From positions 1 through 32,000 of the forward strand of contig NZ_JAHDSX010000026.1 of NCBI RefSeq assembly GCF_020969955.1: 32,000 nt of DNA. The letters are read 5' to 3'. A model generated the notes under the pieces. The model did not search any database. It was not told the origin of the DNA and saw nothing but the letters and a program-made list of their open reading frames with translations. How positions within the stretch are numbered: the stretch's first letter is position 1; every line of letters starts with the position of its first letter. The translations under genes and the position numbers were made by a program. Positions 24,697-32,000 of this stretch are shown piece by piece. This stretch comes from Allobaculum fili (GTDB taxonomy: Bacteria; Bacillota_I; Bacilli_A; Erysipelotrichales; Erysipelotrichaceae).

Positions 24697-24793
24697 GGCG
24701 CGTCTGCAGCCATTTAAAGCTCATCGCAAGCACAAGGCCAAGGACGATCAGCACGATCAGGACAATCGAAAGAATTTTCCAGTAATTTCTCAT
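24650..24793 (-). pseudogene. out-of-frame 5' fragment encoding the membrane anchor of the hydrolase
   Basis: GGAGAAG SD followed by ATG24793, giving MRNYWKILSIVLIVLIVLGLVLAMSFKWLQTRR.... This is a classic signal-anchor helix. The frame differs by one nucleotide from the downstream hydrolase ORF, and the two frames are both open only within 24653-24720. Confidence 0.55.
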
Positions 24794-24966
24794 AGCTTCT
24801 CCACAATATTTTTTCCTATCCTATCACTATCCAAAAGAGAGTCTTCTTCCATAACGAAAGAGAAAGATAAGCGGGTTTGAATGTCAATTCGTCTTTCCTC
24901 TGGCGGGAAAATATCGCCATCCTCATGATGTGTTTTTTCAGCTGTAAAGAAACGATCGCATAAGAA

Positions 24967-25022
24967 AAGCAGAGTCCGCCTTGGATAATTCCAAGAGGCA
25001 TGGACTCTGCTTCATTTTTTTG
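24967..25022. terminator. long hairpin terminator downstream of the giant glycosidase gene
   Basis: AAGCAGAGTCC (24967-24977) pairs with GGACTCTGCTT (25002-25012), with an inner CTTGG/CCAAG helix. There is a T7-8 run on the plus side and only a GAAAA run on the side used by the minus-strand gene. Confidence 0.65.
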
Positions 25023-25118
25023 TTCCGAATGGAGACTTTACTTCGCCATCAGAAAAAGACAGGTCTGGGACGCAGGGATCTGCGATCCAGTCATCAGCTT
25101 TATCTGGTTTCAATCGGC

Positions 25119-28100
25119 TTACTTCAGGCCGTCCAGCTTTTTGGAGTCGGGTGTAAAGCGAAGGGCAAGCAGGGACGCATGAAGGGCTTTGGCCTGCGCG
25201 TTGATGTGCGCCTGATCGAGCGCCTTGTTGACAAGGGCTTTAGCACTGGCAAGATCCTGCGCGAACGTGCCTTTGGATGCATCCGTTACTTCATTCAGAT
25301 CAATCGTTTCAGCCGTTTTGATCAGCAGATTGAGCTGAGTGTAGTCCAGGACAGCCGGCGTTTCGCCGAGCATGGCCAGACGCGCATTGCGGATGGCTGC
25401 GGCCGCATTGTCGATCTGCAGCTGGGTTACGGTGTTCTGGGCATTGCTCAGTACATCTTTTTTCAGCGCGGATCCGGTTTCAATTGCGGTGATCCAGGCG
25501 GCTTTCTTCGCCGCGTCGACCGAATCGAGGCGAACGTTTGGAAAGGTTTCGATTTCTGCGGTGAGCATAGTGAGATCGAGGTTCGTTGCCTGCATCTGCG
25601 GCATGGTCATTTCGAGCTTGCAGTCCGCAAAGTCCGCGTGACCGTCCCAGTTGTTGGACGGCTGCGTGGCATTGAGTGTGATCTGGGTAACGCCATCGAG
25701 CGGTACGCTGAATTCTTTAAGCGGTGTGGTACCGGTCATGGAACCCGAATTGAAGGCTTCCTTCGAGCCGGTAAGAATCTTAAAGGTGATATTGGCGTAA
25801 ATCGAATTGTGCTTCGTGTAGTCGACGCCGACGGCTCCCCTGAGTGCGGAATACGTATTGGCCGGGATACTGAAGATGATGTTTGTGTTGACGTGCGATC
25901 CGATGCCTTTTTCGTATTTTCTGCCGTTCTGCTCTTCATCGCAAAGGGTAATGGCAGCTCCGCTTGAAGCCTTGTCCTTTTGAATCGTGTCGTAGCCGAC
26001 GGTCGAATTTTCGGACCAGGTCAGATCGGACAGATAGGCGGCCATTTCAAAGTCCATCGTTGAAGAATGACTTTCGGTTCCGTCTTTGGAAAGCACGAAC
26101 ACTTTGACCTGATGGCTGTTTTCAAAGAGAGAAACGTTCAGACTTGCTGATCCGGTACCGATTATACGGCTTACTCCGTCATCGAGAATGACGGTCGCAT
26201 CGGGATCCATCGCCTGCGCACGGACTTCAAAGTTCGATTTGGAAATCGTCTGGGCATACGTTTCGGCCATTGGATCAGAGACGGTTTTGCCGTCCACGCT
26301 CAGCGCGTACAGATCGGCGTTAGCGGGATCGGCGGCGTACAGTGTATACCTTTCCACGGCTCTGGAAATGCCGTCAGCGGCAAGCACTTTGACGATCAGC
26401 TCATTGACGCCCGGCTTGATCTCGCCAAGCAGCGAATGACCCTGCGCATCGAAGGCGAGTTCTTTTCCGTTGAGATACGCCTGACGGCCTGCGCCCATAT
26501 ACGCGGCGCTCAGTACCGCTGTGCTTTCATCGGAAACGACATTCGGTTCTTCTTTGGAAAGAACGGCATCGCCCAGTTTCACGGACGTTACCTGTGCAGT
26601 CGTATCGGGTGCGTAAAGAATATGAACAAGTTTCTTGTCCAGGTTGATGCCGTCTTCGGCATGGCTGGCCACGATAAAGGAGTTCATGCCGGTTTTGAGC
26701 GTAACGCTGGCCGAGAGAGTTTGGCCCGCTTGTGCCGTTGCGAGCGCAGCCGGATTGAGGGCGCTGTACAGCGAAAGGGAAGCTGTATCGTCGCTTGCAG
26801 CCGAGATCGTCATCGTATTGGACCCTGTCCAGGTCATGACGCTGTTGGCGCTGAAGGCTTCATCATTGACCTTCAGATCCTTAATGGCACAGCGGCTGTC
26901 TTTGGCCTGTTCAATGTTCAGCGTTACCGGCGTAGAACCATCCGCATTGGCAATTGTCCACTCGGTTTTGCCGGAGAGACTGAGAACGGCCGAAGCGGTC
27001 GTCTGTGCTGTACCATCCAGTTTCCATCCGGAAGCGGCGCCTTCGACGCGGATTTCGGCTTTTTCGCCGATGGCCGGAAGCGCAATCGATGCCGAATCCG
27101 GAGCAGTGCCCGAAGCGGTCCAGACGGTTTGACCATTGACCTGAATGGAGCGGATGGAAGAGGAAGCCGGCGTCGTAACGGAACATTCGGCTGTCGCTTT
27201 CGGCTCTGCGGGAATGCCCCAGGCCGACGTCAGGTAAACGGTCGCAGTAAGTTTGCCAGGCTGTGCAGGCGTATACGTCGTACTGTCGCAGAGCGTTTGC
27301 GAGAGAATCTTGCCTTCGTCGTTTTTGAGCGTCCAGAGAACCTGCGCGCTGCTCTGTCCGCCATCCGGATTGGTCGCGTCATAGCTTACGCTTACTGGAC
27401 TGCCGGCTTCTGCAGTTTCTGCCGAAAGCTGTACGTTAGAAAGAACAGGTGTCGCGGCATTTCCATGTTCAAAGGAAACGGAGGTCTCCTCATTCAGATC
27501 GCTGAGAGTTGTTGTATTGGCTTTGAAGCGGAAGTCCTTGAAAGTAACAGTTTTGCCGCGGGGATTTGTATGCCAGCCCGCAAAGCCGATGCGTACGCTT
27601 TTGCCCGTTAACATCGTAGCGGAAAGATCGCGAACGGAAGTGTACGTCTTGCCGTCTGCGCTCCAGTACGTGTGTACAGTGTTTCCTTCCTTGACAAAAG
27701 CCAGCCAGGCATCGGAAAGGGCGTTCTGTGCGGCATTGTCTCCAAGCTCGGTTGCGCTGCCGCCGGTTTCCGAGACGGTCGCAATGCCGTCGTAATGGGA
27801 CTTCTTGCCAAGCGAGAGGTAGTTGTCCGCGTCACCAAAGACGAGGAAGCTTGCGGTATCCCACTGTCCGCTTTCCCGAATCGGAAGACCGGTGACATGA
27901 ACGGAAGTTGCAAAATTTTCCGTGTCTGCGGGGATATCGTAAAGAATCAGGTTTTTAACCGAGTTGTTTTCCTCATACAAGTCGCCCTTTTCGAGTGCGA
28001 TCGTCGCTTCGGTTTCGTTCAAAGTGAGATTCGTATTCGAATTCGTTACGGAGATGCCCGGAGTAAGGGAGGCGGATTTTCCGGTGTTTACCAGAACGAT

Positions 28101-30629
28101 GCGCGAATCCGAACCGGAAGCGCTGGAGGCGATGACTTTGTAAATGCCGCTCTGGGCGTTAAGCTCGCCTGCGCTTGTGATCGAGGCCTGATCCGTGGCA
28201 GTTCCATCGAGTGCCGTAACCGACCAGGTGACGGTTTCGCCTTCCGGTGTCTTAGCCGTAAAGTTCGATGCAGCGCCGACTACGGTGTTGTCCTTCTGAT
28301 CGATCGTGACGGCAGAACCGGTCGTGCTTTCCGAAATTGTCACTTCGATCGGATCGGAATAGAGCAGCGAATGATCCCATTTTGTCCAGGCGTATACCTG
28401 AGTCGTACCAGCGGATACGCCGGTGATGTTTCCAGAATCATCCACGGAAGCGATCGCGGGATCGGCGGACAGATAATGAATGGCGCCTGCAGAAGCTGAA
28501 GCTGCTCCGGGTTTGGACGTCGTCAGCGTAACCGCATCGTTGGTAATGTGAATCTGATCTTCCGGGGTGTTGTCGCGATAGGCGTACAGTTTCTGGCCGT
28601 TGTCGTACGTATTCGAGTCGATGACTACGTTTTTCGACTTGGCGAACTCGTACATGTTTTCCGTATTGCCCGTGCGGGAAGATCCGCTAAGCGTGACGGA
28701 TGACTGCGTGCTGGCTCCGGCAGCAAGACGGATGTGCTTGCTGAGGTCGCCGATTGTGAAGGCAAGATCCGGGTTGGTTCGCAAAATCGTGTTGTTTCGA
28801 ATCGTCAGATTTTCAACGCTTTCGGCTTTCACGACGGTATCGGAATCCATGTGGAACGTATTGCCTTCGATCGTGATGTTTTTATGAATTGGATTTTCAT
28901 AGCCCGGCAGTCCGCCGTTTTTGGTTACCGGATGAATATAGATTGCGGAACGGTATTCCCAGCCGCGTTCGCCGGAATCCTTAATGTAGAACGTGTTGTT
29001 TCGAATGGTCATGTCGCGGATCGGACCGGATTCATACCACTGATCGGAGTCGTTGGACAGGAAGATCGTAGCCATCGACGTGTTGTAGAACGTGTTGTTT
29101 TCGATCAGCGTTTTCTTGCGCGTCGTGCACAAAATGGCACGGGCTGCCAGGTCGCGGAACGTATTGTTTCGGATCGTGACTTCCGGGGTGTACGTAATGT
29201 TTTCCGCAACGTATTTCGGTTCGGATCCGATCTTATCGGTCAGATAGGAAGGCAGTTCTTCATCAAATTCAATGACCATCGTCTTGAGATCGTTGCCGTC
29301 TTCGCCTGGATTGGAGATGACGTTTTTAACGGTATAGACCGTTTCGTTATCCGCCGACTGAAGCAGGTCGCGAGAGAAGAATTGAACCTGGTCGCCGACA
29401 TGAAACTGCGGAAAGCCGCCCTGCTGGGCATGAATGTACTTGAGCTGGAGCCTGTGGTCGTCCAGTTTCTGCTCAACGCGGGTGAAGGTTCCGTGAATGT
29501 TGATCGGATCATCGTGCAAAGCCGCAAACCGGCAGTTTTCAATGACGAGCTTGCCGGCGGCACCGGAAGCGTGAATGCCGTCCGCGTAGCTCGCGACGAT
29601 ATGACCGGAATTGGCTCTGGGTTCCATGGAACATTCATAGAAATAGACGTCTTTGGCCATCTGGAGCAGCCAGCCAAACCCGTGCATGTAATGGACATGC
29701 ACTTTGCGCGCGGTAACGTTTTCGGATTCCCAGATCAGGGCACCGGCGGTTTCACGAACCGCAGCGGAGTTGAACTGCAGGGTCATGCCGACTTTCTGCA
29801 TGGACGGACGGGAAGAGTTATAGACGAATTTCAGAATGGTTCCGTCGGTTCCTTCCACCGGCGTAATCGAGGTTACGTTATTGAACGGGTTTTCGGCATT
29901 CGTGCCAAAGCGGCGGGTAAATTCGCCAGTCGCGTCGGTCGCGGAAATCGCGTACGTATTTTCGTGAATGCCGGTTTTCGTCCAGTACGTCTTTCCGGTA
30001 TAGGGAGAGGGTTCGCTCGTCCAGCGGAACGTGGTTCCGTCGATCTGATACGGGAAGCACTTGGGAACGTAAAATTCCGTGACATCCTTGCCGTTTTCGC
30101 TGTACATGCGCGAAACGGTCATTTCGGATGTGGTTGGTACCGCAAAATCCCAGGAGAAGTCATGCAGGGTAATGTTTTTGGAATGAGTGACCGCAAGAGC
30201 CATCATGTTGCCGTGCATCATGAAAAGCGATCCGTTGCCCTCGAGAGTCAGATCCTGCTGATCTTCAATGAGAATGCCGATTGTCTTGGTCGGATAGTCG
30301 GTGGAACTCGTATTGGACGTGTGAATTTCACGTGTCGCCGCAAAGTCCCTGTAAATCTGGTATTCGCCCTTTTCAAAGGAAACCGTAACCGGCTTTCCGG
30401 ACGTTTCCCGCAGTTCTTTTGCGGCGGCAAGTGCTTTTTGAATCGCCTGCGTCGAGTCTTTCGTACCGGTTGGATCCGCACCAAAATCGGAAGCGTGAAT
30501 GACCTGCGCTTCATCGCTGTCGTTGGCGTAAAGCGGGAGGATCAGGCTTTCACTTAACGGCAGCACCGTACTGGCGGCTACAGAGCTCAATAACCCGAGC
30601 GAAAGCATCAGGCGTCCTGGTCGTTTCAT
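25119..30629 (-). CDS. very large secreted glycosidase-like protein: signal peptide, right-handed beta-helix catalytic region (GH110-like alpha-galactosidase candidate), Ig-like modules, NPCBM carbohydrate-binding module, FIVAR-like helical tail
   Basis: ATG30629 follows an AAAGGAAAA SD and gives MKRPGRLMLSLGLLSSVAAS. The TTG at 30659 used by the ORF track is less likely. Evidence includes the DFGADPTGTKDSTQAIQKAL pectate-lyase-3-type N-terminus and repeated I-x-NNTF beta-helix turns. The segment EIHTSNTSS...IGILIEDQQDLTLEGNGSLFMMHGNMM...HDFSWDF resembles GH110 as I recall it. The NPCBM-like module (YLSDLTW...GIGSH...GAVGVD...WDGHADFADCKLEM) lies at about 25608-26036. There is no LPXTG motif. 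Confidence 0.88.
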   Translation of the reverse strand: MKRPGRLMLSLGLLSSVAASTVLPLSESLILPLYANDSDEAQVIHASDFGADPTGTKDSTQAIQKALAAAKELRETSGKPVTVSFEKGEYQIYRDFAATREIHTSNTSSTDYPTKTIGILIEDQQDLTLEGNGSLFMMHGNMMALAVTHSKNITLHDFSWDFAVPTTSEMTVSRMYSENGKDVTEFYVPKCFPYQIDGTTFRWTSEPSPYTGKTYWTKTGIHENTYAISATDATGEFTRRFGTNAENPFNNVTSITPVEGTDGTILKFVYNSSRPSMQKVGMTLQFNSAAVRETAGALIWESENVTARKVHVHYMHGFGWLLQMAKDVYFYECSMEPRANSGHIVASYADGIHASGAAGKLVIENCRFAALHDDPINIHGTFTRVEQKLDDHRLQLKYIHAQQGGFPQFHVGDQVQFFSRDLLQSADNETVYTVKNVISNPGEDGNDLKTMVIEFDEELPSYLTDKIGSEPKYVAENITYTPEVTIRNNTFRDLAARAILCTTRKKTLIENNTFYNTSMATIFLSNDSDQWYESGPIRDMTIRNNTFYIKDSGERGWEYRSAIYIHPVTKNGGLPGYENPIHKNITIEGNTFHMDSDTVVKAESVENLTIRNNTILRTNPDLAFTIGDLSKHIRLAAGASTQSSVTLSGSSRTGNTENMYEFAKSKNVVIDSNTYDNGQKLYAYRDNTPEDQIHITNDAVTLTTSKPGAASASAGAIHYLSADPAIASVDDSGNITGVSAGTTQVYAWTKWDHSLLYSDPIEVTISESTTGSAVTIDQKDNTVVGAASNFTAKTPEGETVTWSVTALDGTATDQASITSAGELNAQSGIYKVIASSASGSDSRIVLVNTGKSASLTPGISVTNSNTNLTLNETEATIALEKGDLYEENNSVKNLILYDIPADTENFATSVHVTGLPIRESGQWDTASFLVFGDADNYLSLGKKSHYDGIATVSETGGSATELGDNAAQNALSDAWLAFVKEGNTVHTYWSADGKTYTSVRDLSATMLTGKSVRIGFAGWHTNPRGKTVTFKDFRFKANTTTLSDLNEETSVSFEHGNAATPVLSNVQLSAETAEAGSPVSVSYDATNPDGGQSSAQVLWTLKNDEGKILSQTLCDSTTYTPAQPGKLTATVYLTSAWGIPAEPKATAECSVTTPASSSIRSIQVNGQTVWTASGTAPDSASIALPAIGEKAEIRVEGAASGWKLDGTAQTTASAVLSLSGKTEWTIANADGSTPVTLNIEQAKDSRCAIKDLKVNDEAFSANSVMTWTGSNTMTISAASDDTASLSLYSALNPAALATAQAGQTLSASVTLKTGMNSFIVASHAEDGINLDKKLVHILYAPDTTAQVTSVKLGDAVLSKEEPNVVSDESTAVLSAAYMGAGRQAYLNGKELAFDAQGHSLLGEIKPGVNELIVKVLAADGISRAVERYTLYAADPANADLYALSVDGKTVSDPMAETYAQTISKSNFEVRAQAMDPDATVILDDGVSRIIGTGSASLNVSLFENSHQVKVFVLSKDGTESHSSTMDFEMAAYLSDLTWSENSTVGYDTIQKDKASSGAAITLCDEEQNGRKYEKGIGSHVNTNIIFSIPANTYSALRGAVGVDYTKHNSIYANITFKILTGSKEAFNSGSMTGTTPLKEFSVPLDGVTQITLNATQPSNNWDGHADFADCKLEMTMPQMQATNLDLTMLTAEIETFPNVRLDSVDAAKKAAWITAIETGSALKKDVLSNAQNTVTQLQIDNAAAAIRNARLAMLGETPAVLDYTQLNLLIKTAETIDLNEVTDASKGTFAQDLASAKALVNKALDQAHINAQAKALHASLLALRFTPDSKKLDGLK

Positions 30630-31060
30630 AAGTTTTTCCTTTCTTTTCTTTGCAGGCAAAAAAACAGCCTGCTTTTTTCATTTTTTTCTCTTTTTTGCCG
30701 GCTGGATACAGCCGACGATCGTTTACGCTGATTTGCGCAGCGTCTGTATTTTGGCAGGCTAGACTGACTCTTGAAAAAGCAGAAAAGCCAGTGCAGCATC
30801 TGAATGTTCATTGAGCGTGAACGGTTTTTCCTTGAAACTATGGATATGTAGGCCCGAATGTGAACCGTGTCAAGCTGGGGAGAAGAGACTTTCTTTTTTG
30901 CCCGAAAAGAAGCCGCTTGTGCGGGGAAACAAACTGTATTTTCATACAAACGCTTACATTTCCTATTCATCTTCTATGGTTTTTGGCGGTTCGTCAAACC
31001 AATTTTTAAGACGAATGCTTAAAAAAGGCGAGTGCCGCTGATGCCCAAAAGAGAGCAGGA

Positions 31061-31093
31061 AAGAAAGAAAAGCGCCCGGAATTGGACGCTTTT
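31061..31093 (-). terminator. intrinsic terminator of the partial CBM-protein gene
   Basis: On the minus strand, GCGUCC pairs with GGGCGC (plus-strand 31084-31089 and 31072-31077), including one G-U pair, followed by UUUUCUUUCUU. Confidence 0.6.
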
Positions 31094-31165
31094 CCAAGAG
31101 TTCAAAGGGGGATTTGTATCTCTGGATTTCCTGCAGGGCAGATCGGAAAGGCGATCGCCTGGAAA

Positions 31166-32000
31166 TCAGTGCAGAGAGGCAAGAAGCGTTTCGTCGGGAA
31201 GCAGACGAACTTCAAGCCATGCCTGGTTGAGTGCTTTGGCGGCCTGATTAATTTCTTCCTGACTGTTCGGATTATCAAATACGGCTTCAGCGCTGGTCAG
31301 CTGGGCATTCAGTGCCTGCACGGCTTCGCCTTCGCCAAACGCGGATGTATCTTCCGGGATCGCGTCGATTGTGGTTTTCAGAACGGTTTTGTCGAGGAGG
31401 ATCTCTGGCGCTGTGATATCGAATTTATCCATCTGCGGAGCCTTGTTTGGCCCAGCTGCAATTTTCAGAACGCCGGCGCCTGGTTTGAGGACGGTCAGCG
31501 TAAAAGTTTTCGTATGGGTCGCGCTTGGGCTATCCGCACCGGCCGTAACGGAACCGGATGCGATTTTTCCACTAGCTTCCGACCAGGCGATTGCGTTGGC
31601 GTTCGCGCCGGAACGATAGGAAAGCGTAAAGGTGTAGTCGCCCGTCTGCTCGGCCACGTACGGAATTTCGATGTAGTCGTTTTCGTTGCAGGAGTCGACG
31701 TATTTTCCGTTGCTTGCCCAGTCGGCCTGCGCAACGTTCAGCTTCCACTGCTCATCCGCTGCGCCGGTGTTGGTAAGAATGGCGTGTTCGGCTTCGAGCG
31801 TGGCCTGCTTGCCGTTGGTCGGGAAGACGAACGGATTGGCTTCGGTATAGTTTTCAAAGTTCGATTCGGTATCGAGAATGGTAATCGCGGCTTTGGAGTT
31901 GAAGCCGAGAATCATGTCGGGATCGGCACTCGTCAGTTCAACGCTGAACTGCAGGTTTCCGGTCTTATTCGTGTTGCGGCGGGTAACCACGGTAACGTTC
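31166..32000 (-). CDS. 3' part of a large secreted carbohydrate-binding protein (CBM6/35-like module plus FIVAR-like tail), 5' end outside window
   Basis: The frame stays open to base 32000. It contains ATLEAEHAILTN...ADWASNGKYVD...YTFTLSYRSG, a lectin-like CBM pattern. The C-terminal helical module is homologous to the tail of the neighbouring giant protein. Confidence 0.8.
   Translation of the reverse strand, partial: NVTVVTRRNTNKTGNLQFSVELTSADPDMILGFNSKAAITILDTESNFENYTEANPFVFPTNGKQATLEAEHAILTNTGAADEQWKLNVAQADWASNGKYVDSCNENDYIEIPYVAEQTGDYTFTLSYRSGANANAIAWSEASGKIASGSVTAGADSPSATHTKTFTLTVLKPGAGVLKIAAGPNKAPQMDKFDITAPEILLDKTVLKTTIDAIPEDTSAFGEGEAVQALNAQLTSAEAVFDNPNSQEEINQAAKALNQAWLEVRLLPDETLLASLH

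Noticed and set aside
28734-30557. 607-aa plus-strand ORF, plus 25000-28500 plus-strand ORFs of 275-391 aa, opposite the giant glycosidase gene
   Set aside because: These are antisense shadow frames of a gene whose own translation shows a signal peptide and several recognisable modules. The products are Arg/Gly/Phe-rich with no motifs.
30653-30688. Plus-strand terminator-like hairpin GCAGGC-N9-GCCTGC followed by T6CAT7 at the 5' end of the giant gene
   Set aside because: No plus-strand gene is positioned to use it. On the coding (minus) strand it is just a leader hairpin with a U-rich loop followed by an A-rich SD region. It may block antisense transcription, but nothing in the sequence supports that.

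Overview
The window looks like a mid-GC Bacillota-type chromosome, possibly Erysipelotrichia- or Clostridia-like; the taxon is a guess from gene content and protein style. It is mostly core metabolism, with an accessory-looking right-hand third. Left to right: the 3' tip of an unknown gene; infC-rpmI-rplT behind an attenuator-type leader; an orphan 185-aa protein (-); thiol peroxidase tpx (-); and a small Cys-less BlaI/MecI/CopY-family repressor (+). Next comes a split de novo purine cluster. purC-purB (-) diverges across a 910-bp non-coding spacer from purE, fused large purL, purM, purN, purH, purD and fhs (+). The right side holds a divergent MATE exporter / LysR pair, a secreted S1 serine protease with three C-terminal YR-x-YNP...GW-x-EG repeats, corA, and an alpha/beta hydrolase (-) whose membrane anchor is out of frame. 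It ends with an approximately 1836-aa secreted beta-helix glycosidase (GH110-like guess) carrying NPCBM and FIVAR-like modules (-), and the 3' end of a second CBM/FIVAR protein (-). I recognised no tRNA, rRNA, CRISPR array, IS element or prophage. By eye I also found no canonical purine, ZTP or ykkC-type riboswitch, and no obvious multi-gene novel system. The most interesting signal is regulatory. The purE leader combines a perfect 10-bp long-range stem, a GC hairpin, a strong SD and a 37-codon upstream ORF. That ORF runs through a strong intrinsic terminator and ends in an ATGA overlap with the purE start, which resembles E. coli pyrBI-type translation-coupled attenuation, here with an A-rich tract. 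Secondary leads are repeats and palindromes in the purC/purE spacer, a GC-rich 273-nt spacer where purF normally sits, fhs translationally coupled to purD, a degenerate HKD-like orphan protein, and the frameshifted hydrolase. All family assignments come from reading the translations; no searches were run.
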